DNA of 63,908 bases, filler included, from Octopus bimaculoides (Eukaryota), in the NCBI RefSeq assembly GCF_001194135.2. It is 5 parts of 5 records of this genome, joined end to end, with 100 filler letters (N's around TTAATTAATTAA, not from the genome) between each part and the next. Parts side by side here need not be neighbours in the genome. Positions count along the whole stretch, not along the records: positions 1 to 29,414 come from NC_069003.1; 4 more parts are not named here. One strand, written 5' to 3'. The notes beneath the pieces are model-generated. The model was not told the DNA's origin. It did no database searches and saw nothing but the letters and a program-made list of their open reading frames with translations. The position numbers were made by a program, and so were the translations under genes. This document shows, piece after piece, positions 1-12,059 of this stretch (its first letter is position 1; every line of letters starts with the position of its first letter).

Positions 1-154
1 ATATATACACATATATATATATACACATATATATATATACACATATATATATATACACATATATATATATACACATATATATATACAAATATATATATAT
101 CTATATATACACATATATATATATACACATATATATATATACACATATATATAT

Positions 155-190
<36 letters not shown>
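1..190. repeat. (AT)n/(ACATATATAT)n microsatellite
   Basis: Direct reading of the sequence. Confidence 0.95.
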
Positions 191-191
<1 letters not shown>

Positions 192-192
192 G

Positions 193-1800
193 AGAAGAAA
201 ACTGATGTAAATAACAAGGAGAAATTAGTCGTTTTCGCTGGTATGTCTTTAATTTAATTAATTAACAAAGAAGGTAGCATTTAATGAAAATCAAATAAAC
301 ACCTAAATGTTAATAATAAATATACAGAATTATTTAGGAGTAAAATTAGAGTAGGCCACAGCCTGACCAATAACTTAGCTACAATCATAGCCTCAATAAA
401 TAATAATAAAAACTAGACAAATTCTATGAAACTAGAAAAATTGTGAACAATAAAAATAATAACCAACAAACTAATAGAACTAAGCCCACCACTAGCGTAG
501 TGCCTCCTACCAACTAAGATATAGACCTGAACAGTTATAGCCCCCCACAAGATAACATGAACACAGATATACCTAATAATTTATGTGGCTGCAGGGATAG
601 AACAAAGTGCCATTTCTCGAATAGATGTAAGACAAATAATGTAGTTTACCAATGTGACATGCACACAAATAGCCAGATAAAATCATATATAGGCGCCACT
701 AAAAACCAAATGATACTTAGATATAACGCACACCAATCTAGCTTCAGAAATAGGAATAAGGCAAATTCAACAGGGCTCAGTAAATATATTTGGAAACTTA
801 AAGATAAAAAAAATAGATTATAGATTAAACTGGCTTATACTCACAAAAACAACCTCGTACAACACCGCCAATAGACGCTGTGATCTGTTTATCAGAACAC
901 CTAACTATCCTAACAGCTAAACAACCCCTCCTCAATAGGTAATTTGAGAACAACCTGTTTTTGTCTTCATGTAGGCCTCTTTGTCTTTTCAAAGTATTGG
1001 TAAAATAGTAGGACCCTCCTCGCTAGCATATTCATTTCTATAAGTCTAATTAGCTGCGAACCACCTCAAACACCTACACATAAACAGTCAACCCCCAACC
1101 CCACTCGCCCTCCACATTCCATAATAACTTACTTTACACCTACATAGGCCCCTTTTATCACTATGAACTGCCTAAACTTTAGCCATAATATAATTTGAAA
1201 CCACCCTCCCTAATGTAAATAATCCAGTTTGAGTAAGCTCCCTTTTCACCTCAAGTTAGAGTTAGCCCCCTTCACTTACACCGCCAGTGACTAAAACTCA
1301 CTATTGATTAAAACTAATTTAATACACACATGCACAAAAAATATGCTTAGTCAAACTCGGGATTCCACATCAGAATAAGATACACCCCGCTTTAATTACC
1401 CAGCGGAGCCATAAACTAACCAATCTACTACAATGAAAACCACTCCCCGGTGGAATAATCAACTTAAGAACTTAATATAATGTAAGACTAACAAATTTTG
1501 ACTTTATTACCATTACTGATGTATGAATTTATTTTTCACATTCTGAAGATATTTACTAAAAGTAGTAAATTGAAACCATTGTAAATGCTACCTTCTTTGT
1601 TTGCAAAAACAACAAATTTCTCCTTGTTATTTACATCCATTTTCTTCTTGTATATAATCTAAACTATGGTTTACCCACCGAACTACCTGCTACCATACAA
1701 CTTTACAAAGGACTGTACCTAATCAGCTAATCACCAGGAGCGTCTCTGAATTTAATTATCCCTTAGAGGTTTTAAACTCCTATAACTCATACCTACACAA
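193..1800 (+). mobile_element. 5'-truncated Penelope-like element (GIY-YIG remnant) with an inverted pseudo-LTR fragment at its 5' end
   Basis: ORF 557-823 has C-x4-C-x5-C...VVYQC...YIGAT...RYNAH, a PLE GIY-YIG signature. The broken frame continues NWLIL...RRCDL...LLNR to ~990. Segments 204-226 and 264-283 are reverse complements of 1615-1637 and 1582-1601. Confidence 0.85.
1539..1587 (+). ncRNA. Minimal type I hammerhead ribozyme motif
   Basis: CAUU-CUGAAGA-U[AUUUAC/GUAAAU]U-GAAA-C-cauu-GUA-AAUG. Stem I is 4 bp (catt/aatg), stem II 6 bp and stem III 2 bp with a 4-nt loop. Predicted cut after 1583. Folded by eye. Confidence 0.75.
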
Positions 1801-1834
1801 GATATACGTATATATAAGTATATATATATATATA

Positions 1835-2110
1835 TCTTAATATATAAAATCCGTTCCATCTGTCTGTTTGTGCGCTTATAACTCAAGTATTGTTCATCTG
1901 ATTGCGGTGAAATTTTAAACATGGATACATGAGAGAGCTGGGCGTTTCATAATTGAAAAAGATTTTCAAAATCGTTAGTTTCAAAGTGAGAATCGCTATT
2001 TTTGTAATTTTTACTGTCCTGTTTGTTCCACCAGTAAAACAACCAGTTGCTCGGACAGCCAGCCTATACCATTTCGCTAGCAACAAGGGGAGTACAAGAT
2101 GACAGTCAGC
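1835..2110 (+). mobile_element. Probable non-autonomous Helitron 5' portion
   Basis: Starts TCTTAATATATAAAA after an A, followed by a CTGTCTGTTTG tract, the pattern typical of non-autonomous Helitron 5' ends. No clear 3' CTAG hairpin found. Confidence 0.35.
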
Positions 2111-2339
2111 CAAAACCGTTGCTATGCTGTCTCTCTTCTTTCCTTTCTCTGTGGGGTTAATAATAATCTTTAGTTTCAGTTTCTCATTCAAACTACATAA
2201 TAGGCAGAATTGTCAAATTAAGACAGTAGGGTGTTTTGAGGGAGATTTGGCTGCTATTTCTACCAGGTCTAGCTACCATGTAGAGGTATGCCTCATTGAT
2301 ATTATATATTTCTTATGCTTTCTAAAACCAAGTTAGAGA

Positions 2340-3065
2340 TTTTGATGTCAGTGTACATACTCAACAGATTCTAAGTACCTTGAGAGAAAAGTTGGACTTC
2401 AGATGGGGTGTGCAAGAGAGACGACTGCACTGGTATGGACATGTGGCGAGAATGGCTGAGGATAGTTGTGTGAAAAAATGCCACACCCTAGTGGTTGAGG
2501 GAACCTGTGGAAGAGGTAGATCCGAGGCAATAACTAGTGACCAAGACCTTTGGAAATATGCTGTGCATGAGAAGATCCGGCAAGCCAAGTGAGACCATAA
2601 CACGTGGCCTATGTCAGGGGTATAACCCGCCCACTTATGTGTACCTTTCCTTCATTAGACACTAAACTCTGCTTGCAAAGATCTGTTGAGGCAAATGAAA
2701 TCAAAATCAAATCAAATTTGCAAATTCGATGACTGGCACCCGTGCCAGTGGGGCGCTAAGAGCACCATCTGAGCGTGATTGCTGCCAGAGCAGCTGACTG
2801 GCTTCCGTGCTGGTGGCACATAAAACACACCTGTTGAGCGTGGCCATTGCCAATACCGCCTGACTGGCCCTTGTGCCGGTGGCACATAAAAGCACCCACT
2901 ACACTCTCGGAGTAGTTGGCGTTAGGAAGGGCATCCAACTGTAGAAACTCTGCCAGATCAGATTGGAGCCTGGTGCAGCCATCTGGTTTGCCAGTCCTCA
3001 GTCAAATCGTCCAACCCATGCTAGCATGGAAAGCGGACATTAAACGATGATGATGATGATGATGT
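2340..3065 (+). mobile_element. RTE-clade LINE 3' end with long 3' UTR/SINE-like tail ending (GAT)n
   Basis: ORF 2380-2592 RRLHWYGHVARM...CVKKC...VEGTCGRGR matches RTE ORF C-termini. The tail GGCGTTAGGAAGGGCATCC...CCAACCCATGCTAGCATGG recurs at ~13965-14160, 43680-43860 and 58680-58900. Confidence 0.85.
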
Positions 3066-6000
3066 TGTGTCTGGGGAGAGTCATTTTCTTCTTGTGCCTT
3101 ATAATTTAACGCACTCACTGGTAAAATTTCCACTTATTCCTTATTTTTATTTTCCTAAAATTTTTGTTGCGTCCTGCAACCTTTTCAATAGTCTTGACTC
3201 TGTCCGTTATTTACACTGCATTCCCTTTTCTCTGTTTGTGTGCATGTGTGTGGGTCAGTGTGTGTGTGTGTGCCTATGCATGCATGTATGTATATATGTG
3301 TGTGTATGCATATGTATATATGTATGTATGTGCATCTGTATGTATTCTGCATATTCATGTGCTTGCATATCTGTTTGTGTATTTTTTATGCATGTGTGTG
3401 TGTGAGCGTGTGTTTGTATATGTATGCACCTCTGTCTCCTTGTGTGTGCATGTCTGTGTGTGTGTGTATTTTGCAACTATGTACCATGTTTGTATGTATG
3501 GACACATGTCTCCATATGTGTCCTTGTGTGAAGTAAAGTGTGTGTGTATATATGGTCATGTGTTTCAGTCTCCATTTGCGTATATGTGCTTGTCTGTTCA
3601 TATAACATATGTACCTATCCGTCTGTATGTTGATCTGTTTATTTTCATATCCATATGCTTACATACATGTGCATATACACATATATACCCACACACACAC
3701 ATACATACATACATCTATCTACATAACAGCCTACTAACTATTCTACTCTACCTATGTAAACTGTGGGTATGGAGGTATGATATCTACTATGTATATTTCC
3801 TATTTAGTATTGGGGAAGTTTCATTTATAAGGATGTACTCCCGTATTTGTCTGAGTGTTGGGTGTTTGGATAAGATGCAGATGTCAAGTTGACCCAGGTT
3901 GCCTCCATAGTGGTCTTTGGCATGTTGGTAGAGTATGGAAGACTGTTATTTGTCGTCATGTTGTCTCAAATGTTCATTTAGTCTTTCTGCAATGCTCCTA
4001 GATTTATCCCCTGTGTATGTCATGTTCATGTCTTTACAAGCACCTTCTATGCATCTTATGCAGTAGACTACATTTCTAGTTCTACAGTTAATGCCAGGGT
4101 TAACCCTACATACCATGCAGTTATCATTGGTGCATATGGTATTCTCAAAGGGGTATGTCCTACATAGTTGTGATCTAACGGAGTTCCCTGGCTTTTCAAC
4201 AATCTTAATGTTGAGTTTGGTCTCCTTCAGAGCTTTTCTAAATCTACGCGCTAGTTCTCCATGGGCTGTGGCCTCTACAAACATCACTCCTTGATATTTG
4301 TTGGTTTTATACTACATGTTTGCCCTGCTTGCTTTGTCACAAGTTTTTTGTATCCTATTCCATTCTTTGTTTCTATATCTAGGGCAGGTACCACTGGTGT
4401 CATTACATATAATGTTGTCTAATTTCTTTCTAACCCCCCTGTATACTATCCTTCTGATCATATCCAGAGAACTGCATGCAGTGCATGAAGTTCTGTATAT
4501 GTTTTTTTTCATTTCATAGGGTTCACATAGTGGAGTCACATTGTTCATTATTCTAAGTCTGCTGTGAGTATGTTAATTTTCATGTTGTGTGACAAAGCCG
4601 AGTTCTTGTGAACAACATATTTTGAAGTTATGGGTTTCATTTAACAGGAGTGGAGGAGCTGCACTCTATTGTTCACAGTCTCTAACCAAAGTTCAGTATC
4701 AAGTACAGGGAGTCTATTTTTGGGGTGCTTAGTGGGGTAATCTATAGTTACCTTGATACTTTGGTCGATGGAGTTAGTTATTTGCTGGATGCTCTCCATT
4801 ACGTTCTTCTCAGTTTCTACATTACCATCACTAGAGTTGGTCCTAACTATGATATTAATGTCATCTACATATCTACTGTAGAGTAGAAGAGTTGTGGACT
4901 GTTCTACTAACATTTGTTTAAGTTTTCTGTCCCACAAGGTCATGAAGAGGCCAGCTACATCTCCAGCTACACCGACACCGATGGCTGCACCTTGAACCTG
5001 CACATTTAGCGTTTTTGTTAAACTTTACTATGTGGTTCTTCACAGTGGTTTTTACACTGGCCCCTATTGCATGCGTAATCATTTCTTTCACCTGATTGTT
5101 GTTCTCAGGGTTTTGGGTGGGTGCGGTCCAGCCACTCCAGTGCTCTGTGGTGCTTTTTTTCACTGCTGAAGTGATGGTGGGTGGTCTTCCCCTCTGTAAC
5201 CTGGTGGGGAGAATCTACTGAGGTCATGGTCATCTAAATAGTCACTGTCATAGCTTAGTCTGAAGAGGAGGCCCAGTTCCCTAGTGTTGACATTACAGAA
5301 CTCCACTTCACTCTCATAGATTACCTGAATATATTTCTCCACAGCAAAATCTATGTCTATAGATGGGTAGAGTGAAATTACATCCATACTACCCACTACA
5401 CAACCTGTGAGGTCGTTGGAGTGGTTGCAAGTACTGACTTTACTGAGGAGATCTTCTGTACTCACACAGACATCTCTATGAGAGGTCATAATACCTGTGA
5501 GAGGAAGTAGGACAGTCTATAGTTGCTGGAGATATTCGCTCCGCACACTGGTCTGGTTGGGGGCCCACAACAGTGTTTATGTAGGGTTTGTGGTCTTTGC
5601 GTAACCCGTATAGTATAGGAACATCATTGTTGGATGCTTGGAAATTGTGTGCTGTCCTTTTCATAGGTTGGAGTATGTTGCACCACATTCCCATGCGTGC
5701 ATTGCGGAGTTTTTCCACTCTTTCATGTTTCTGTGGTGTAACTTCTCTCATGCTACTGATGTGTTGTTGCGTGGTCTGGACATAGATCTGTGGGCTGTCT
5801 ATCGACAGTCTGCCAGACTTGTCCATAGGGAGGCACAATAATTCTCTGTTCCTAATCCACTATTTTAGTTTTTGAAGGCCTTTGTCAACAGATGAGCTGA
5901 GTTGGTGGGTCCCCTCCTCACTATGTTTTCTGGTGGATTTGTTGTATCTGTCTAAGATATGCCGGAGCCTATTTCTAGCTAAGGAGATCTTTGCTTCTGT

Positions 6001-7253
6001 CTCACTGTCAATTTGGGGTGGGATACATACCCCTTTGTTAAAGATTAAGTCTGTGGGGTAGATCCTCGTCATATCATAAGATTTGTTGTTAGGGTTATAG
6101 AAGACAGAGTGTAGAGTGTTATTATCATTGTGGTTGTTGTTATAGTTGCTGGTATTGTTGTTGTTGTTGCTGGTGGTGGTGGTGGTGGTGGTGGTAGTGC
6201 TTGTGTTGTGTCTATTGTTATTGTTGTGGGTGGTGTTGTTGGTAGTGGTGTGGAATATGTGGTTGTTATTGTTATCTGTGTGTGGGATCTTGTTGTTGTC
6301 ATCAACACCGCTATGGCTATTGTTGTTTTGGGTTCATATATTTGTGTTGTTGTTGTATTGTCCTAACCTCCATCTTAATTTTAAGAATGTTTTTTCAATC
6401 TCAGACACAATCAATTTTTCTGACCTTGTTATATGTAGCGAATTTTGGTGATAACTCTAAAGCATGCATTTCATCTGTATCTTCGCTGTACTGCACCATA
6501 TATATATTCCAGAGGTGTATTTGTTTTTTTTGTTGTTGATGATGGAATTGTTTTCCGGTGTCCTGGCATCGAAATCCTCTGGTAGTTTACATTCTGACAA
6601 TCCCGTTGATATCATTTGGGTATTTATATTGATTCTTACCATGTTGGGATTGTTGTTGTTGTTGCTATTTCATCCATTTGACTTTATTGTTGAAGTGTTT
6701 ATTACAGGCATGGTTTACTCAGCGGTATTCTTGTTGGATGTGTGTCATGAATCTGTCTCTTTCGTGTGGTGTGGTGGTGTTTTTTAGTTCATACAGCAGG
6801 ACTCTCTTTCGTTTTTGGTACTGGTTGATTTCCGTGTATATTTTCTTTTTGATGTTTTGTAACATCGTATGTTTTAGTTTTCTTTCTTGATGTTCTGTGA
6901 GTCCTAACCGCTTGGCAGCTGAATTGATGGATTTTGTGCATAGGTTAGAGGAGATGCATGTTTTAATGAAGTGGAGCTGTTGGGTAGCTATCTTGATTTT
7001 TAGACAGCAGAACACAGTGATTCTCAGTGTCTTACTAGCTTGGCTAAAGCTTATTATATTTTGTTTTTTGGATTTGGTTTGCAAGATTCTTTATGTGAGT
7101 TCGTGTGTTGAAGCATATTCTGTTGTGTCTGGGGGAGAGTCATTTTCTTTCTTGCATTATAATTTAACACACTCACCGGTAAAATTTCCACTTCTTCCTT
7201 ATCTTTATTATCCTAAAATTTTCATTATGTCTTGCAACCTTTTCAATAGTCTT
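3063..7253 (-). mobile_element. Near full-length degraded Penelope-like element (RT + Cys-rich linker + GIY-YIG) bounded by ~133-bp direct repeats
   Basis: Frameshifted minus-strand ORFs in the correct order: N-terminal PKFA...EIEKTFLKLRW (~6370-6450); PILYGLRKDHK; SMDVISLYPSI (RT motif A); QGAAIG and YSRYVDD (RT motif C); RLPVLD; C-x4-C-x2-C linker; VVYCIRC...YTG...RLNEH; LRQIREYILI...PILNRK to ~3787. Direct repeats at 3063-3195 and 7121-7253. Confidence 0.9.
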
Positions 7254-8431
7254 ACACTGCGTAAATGTTTAGTGGCTAGCAATCTATCATGGCAAATGCC
7301 GTACTGAGGGATCACACAGGAGAGCTGGGAAGAAGAGGAGATAATAAAAAAGTGGTGATCCCAAAACGAAGGTGCATGTGCATGTGTATATGAGAGCATG
7401 TATGTGCATGTGGAAGAGGACTGGTGACCTTGACGTGTGCATGTGTGCATTTGTAGGTGTAGATGATGGTGTGGGTGCTGGGAAATGGTCAGTGTTATAG
7501 TGTGCGTGGTGGAGTGATGTGATGTGGTGTGGTATGGTAGTGTGTGGTGTGGTCGTGTTGGGATGTGGGGGAGGCAAGAGTAGGGAAAGCAAGGGTGGCG
7601 TGTGGGTTAGGCTGAGGGTGGGGTGTGGGTTAGGCTGAGGGTGGGGTAGACGTGGAGTATGTGAGAATGGGTGTAAGGGATGTGGTGGGGTGGGATGGAT
7701 AGGGAAGGTGGGGTTGGATTGTGTAGGGGTGGAGTTACGAGGGAAGGNNNNNNNNNNNNNNNNNNNNNNNNNNNNNNNNNNNNNNNNNNNNNNNNNNNNN
7801 NNNNNNNNNNNNNNNNNNNNNNNNNNNNNNNNNNNNNNNNNNNNNNNNNNNNNNNNNNNNNNNNNNNNNNNNNNNNNNNNNNNNNNNNNNNNNNNNNNNN
7901 NNNNNNNNNNNNNNNNNNNNNNNNNNNNNNNNNNNNNNNNNNNNNNNNNNNNNNNNNNNNNNNNNNNNNNNNNNNNNNNNNNNNNNNNNNNNNNNNNNNN
8001 NNNNNNNNNNNNNNNNNNNNNNNNNNNNNNNNNNNNNNNNNNNNNNNNNNNNNNNNNNNNNNNNNNNNNNNNNNNNNNNNNNNNNNNNNNNNNNNNNNNN
8101 NNNNNNNNNNNNNNNNNNNNNNNNNNNNNNNNNNNNNNNNNNNNNNNNNNNNNNNNNNNNNNNNNNNNNNNNNNNNNNNNNNNNNNNNNNNNNNNNNNNN
8201 NNNNNNNNNNNNNNNNNNNNNNNNNNNNNNNNNNNNNNNNNNNNNNNNNNNNNNNNNNNNNNNNNNNNNNNNNNNNNNNNNNNNNNNNNNNNNNNNNNNN
8301 NNNNNNNNNNNNNNNNNNNNNNNNNNNNNNNNNNNNNNNNNNNNNNNNNNNNNNNNNNNNNNNNNNNNNNNNNNNNNNNNNNNNNNNNNNNNNNNNNNNN
8401 NNNNNNNNNNNNNNNNNNNNNNNNNNNNNNN

Positions 8432-8890
8432 TGAGTTAGGGAAGAAGCTGAGGACCAAGAGGCCTTGTAGGTTGTGGGCTCATTTGAAGGAGGGCAGGGG
8501 TTGGTTAAGGAAGATGTGCAAAGCGGAGGGGTCGGACTGGAGTCACCAAAAGGCTCAGACAATGGTACGTTGGAGGTAGGGTGGTAGGTGAGGGGAAACG
8601 GGAGATGGGAGATAGTGGAGCGGGAGCAGGGGGAGAGAGCAGATGCACGGTCTATGGAACGTGCTCTGGCAAGGGTGGTGTGGATAGTAGTGAAGGGATA
8701 TCCATGTAGGATGAAGTGGTGAGCCATGAGTTGAGACTGAGTCTCAAAGTCATTGTCACTACAGAGCCTGTGTAGATGGAGGAATTGGGAATAGGAGATG
8801 GAGAGCTTGGTGTGTTTAGGAGAAGTTGAGGTATGAGTGTGAGTCTGTGTGTTTGTAGTGGATGGAGGTGGTGAGAGTGGAGTGATGAAT
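8432..8890 (-). mobile_element. Penelope-like RT thumb-region fragment (second family)
   Basis: Minus ORF HTKLSISYSQFLHLHRLCSDNDF...HGYP...LTYHP matches the PLE consensus SIPYSQFLRLRRICS...RGYP. It abuts an N gap. Confidence 0.8.
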
Positions 8891-8978
8891 GCTTGCACGG
8901 TGAATTTGAGAAATTATAATGTATAACGATGAAACACATGTTATTCATCTCTTAATTATATGTTAGTGTTATGGCGCG

Positions 8979-9048
8979 GTCACTGATGAGACATTTCGCC
9001 TTGCAAATTATTTTATTTGCTAAAACAATATTGAAACCAAGGTCTGAC
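8979..9048 (+). ncRNA. Minimal type I hammerhead ribozyme motif
   Basis: GUCA-CUGAUGA-(GACAUU...AAUAUU, with inner GCAAAU/AUUUGC hairpin)-GAAA-C-caag-GUC-UGAC. Stem I gtca/tgac is perfect. Predicted cut after 9044. Confidence 0.7.
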
Positions 9049-10029
9049 GGGATTAAAATTACAAGGTAAAAGTTTTTATTTTTCATTCCTTTTGAAGATT
9101 GCTCTTAATTGTGGTTTTGGTCGCTTTGACTACTTCTAGTGTGTAAAAACTGCCTGTTGAAGGCAGTTTTCTCTTGTGTTTAAATGTACACTATTTTATA
9201 TTGAGAATATATTGTCTATTGACTTCTTATACAAGCTAGGCCACTGGTAGTGAAATTTCTAAAAAAACTCACTACCCTATATTTTACGTATATGTATATA
9301 TATATATATNNNNNNNNNNNNNNNNNNNNNNNNNNNNNNNNNNNNNNNNNNNNNNNNNNNNNNNNNNNNNNNNNNNNNNNNNNNNNNNNNNNNNNNNNNN
9401 NNNNNNNNNNNNNNNNNNNNNNNNNNNNNNNNNNNNNNNNNNNNNNNNNNNNNNNNNNNNNNNNNNNNNNNNNNNNNNNNNNNNNNNNNNNNNNNNNNNN
9501 NNNNNNNNNNNNNNNNNNNNNNNNNNNNNNNNNNNNNNNNNNNNNNNNNNNNNNNNNNNNNNNNNNNNNNNNNNNNNNNNNNNNNNNNNNNNNNNNNNNN
9601 NNNNNNNNNNNNNNNNNNNNNNNNNNNNNNNNNNNNNNNNNNNNNNNNNNNNNNNNNNNNNNNNNNNNNNNNNNNNNNNNNNNNNNNNNNNNNNNNNNNN
9701 NNNNNNNNNNNNNNNNNNNNNNNNNNNNNNNNNNNNNNNNNNNNNNNNNNNNNNNNNNNNNNNNNNNNNNNNNNNNNNNNNNNNNNNNNNNNNNNNNNNN
9801 NNNNNNNNNNNNNNNNNNNNNNNNNNNNNNNNNNNNNNNNNNNNNNNNNNNNNNNNNNNNNNNNNNNNNNNNNNNAATAAGGGTACAGCAGGAAAAAAAA
9901 AAAAATAATAATAAAGAATACATAAATGAAGGTATAGCATGTGGGACATGCAAAAATATAAAAAAGGTATATGTCAAAAAACCCTTAAAAATACAAGGCA
10001 CCCAAAAAGCCTACAAACATTATAGATAG

Positions 10030-10215
10030 GTCGCTATAGGCACTCCAATGCACATCTATATGTGTGGGTTCGTGTGCACAGCCTTACTCGGATGTCCCCT
10101 TACTCTCATGCAATCCACAACCCCCAGAGCCATTGAAGAAGCTGTTGTCATCAACTGACCAAGATTTCAAGCACTTCCAAAACAAAATTAGACAATACAA
10201 CGCTGTACTACAGCG
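10030..10215 (+). mobile_element. Autonomous Helitron Rep/helicase N-terminal fragment
   Basis: PQPPEPLKKLL...KHFQNKIRQYNA resembles the conserved PPEPL..LL...HF..NIR.YN motif of Helitron proteins. Confidence 0.65.
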
Positions 10216-10544
10216 TACTACAAGGTCAGGTTTATCATCAGATTGGCTCTCTACTACTTCTGTCAAATAAATCACTAAAATCGCCCTTTCATTGTTTATA
10301 ATCTGTACCTGTTTTTTGGTTATGAAATGGGCTACATAAAATGTGTTTTTGAATTACGTGTATTTACTTTATATTCATATATGAGGTAAAAACTTTCTTT
10401 TAACATTTCACTTAATGTCTATGTTCCATGCTGGAATGGGTTGGAGAGTTATCAATGTAGAAGGTTAGTATCTCAGCTTGTAGTAGTTGAGACTTGCGGT
10501 GTTTTCAAATTTCATTATTCTCTTTAACCTGGGAAACACCAGAT

Positions 10545-11160
10545 TGTGGCTGAGCCATATGTGACGATGCTACTGTAGATTATAGCCCAAGGAAGACATC
10601 TCCAGCTGGCTAATGACACACTGTCTGAGCCTGAACAGTATTTGCGAAGGGAAATCATTGTTACCATCTCTAGCCTGATGTGATACACACAGACCTGGGT
10701 TTCTGGGTAGTAACCCGTCATCAGCATGACAATCTCCGGCTAGGGATGAGATGTGATTCTGAACGCAAAACACTATAATCTTTTTCCAGTGACAACTGGT
10801 CGCTGATCTCAAAAACGGAGAAACAAGCAATAATAAATCTCTGAGTGAGATGTAAACAGTAGCAGTAAGGAATCGTGAAGTATATTTGCCACCTAAATAT
10901 GGCTGACCCATATGGGATGATGCTACTGCAGTTTATAGCCCCAGAAAGACATCTCCTCCAGCTGGCTAACGACACACTGTCTGTGCCCAATCAGTATTTG
11001 CGAAGGGAAATCATCATTCCCATCTCTAGCCTGACGTGATACACACGGACCCAGCTAGGAATGAGACGTGATTCCGAACGCAAAATACTATATGCTGTTT
11101 CCAGTGACAAATAGTCACTGATCTCAAAAAAGGAGAAACAAGCAAGCAATAATAATCTCT
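10545..11160 (-). repeat. Two tandem ~355-bp units (retrozyme-like); unit at 10545-10842 carries an HHR
   Basis: 10545-10842 aligns by eye with 10898-11160. The second unit has a ~45-nt deletion that removes most of the HHR. Confidence 0.85.
10688..10728 (-). ncRNA. Minimal type I hammerhead ribozyme motif
   Basis: Minus strand reads CAUG-CUGAUGA-C[GGGU-uacu-ACCC]A-GAAA-C-ccag-GUC-UGUG. The full core and all three stems are present. Predicted cut between 10692 and 10691. Confidence 0.75.
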
Positions 11161-11189
11161 ACTATCCATAAACCCAGAGGAAGTTGTCA

Positions 11190-11700
11190 TGGTGATACCC
11201 GCTCAGAGCCCAACACAAAGTTGCAGAAAGTTTATGGAGAGGAGTGCGTGAGCCACACACAAGTGTACAAGGGGTTCAGACATTTCCAGGATGGCTGCAA
11301 AAATGTTGATATTGACAAACACAACCAGCACAACTGAGGAAAGTAATGCAGATGTGCATGCAGCTGTGAGAGGAAATCATTGAATTGGTAACCATGGGTT
11401 ATCAGAGGATGTGCAGATTAGTTATGGTTCAGTTCAGTCCATTATCACTGAAGATTTGGGTTATGAGATGTGTGTCTGCCAAGTTTGTGCTAAAACTGCT
11501 TTCAGCTGACCCAAGTGAGATTTGGATTTCAGTTGCACAAAATCTCCTTGAGTGTGTTGAGAATGATGAAAACTTTTTGAAAACTTTGCATGGACCTCTG
11601 AGCAGGTATCGCCAAGCTTTTGGCAAAATTTTATGCAGATTCTCTACTCAACTTTCTCTGTCATGGTCAATGTGACAAACACAGTACACACGTTACTTCC
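11190..11700 (+). mobile_element. Mariner (Tc1/mariner) transposase HTH-region remnant
   Basis: Broken frames read ...FRHFQDG...EDVQISYGSVQSIITEDLG.RCVSAKFVLKLLSADQ...ENDENFLK, matching mariner N-terminal domain consensus. Confidence 0.8.
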
Positions 11701-11814
11701 AAGCACTGCTGTAAACAGTGGATATGAGCTAGAACATTAAAACTTACTGTGCATGCACAAGAGAGTTCAAGATCAATCTGTGCCAAGTGGCTTCACTCTG
11801 CATGCTTCAACATG

Positions 11815-11960
11815 AGTTAGCGGTTCAGCAAAAGAGAATGATATAATAAGTACTAGGACTTAAAAATAAGTCCAGAGATCGATTTGTTTGACTAAAACCC
11901 TTCAAAGCAGTGCTCTAATACAGCTGCAATCAAATGACTGAAACAACTAAAAGAATAAAA

Positions 11961-11962
<2 letters not shown>
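11815..11962 (+). mobile_element. tRNA-SINE family A, 3' half
   Basis: Matches the tail of the full copy at 59085-59470. Confidence 0.8.
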
Positions 11963-12041
<79 letters not shown>

Positions 12042-12059
12042 TATATGTGTGTGTGTACA

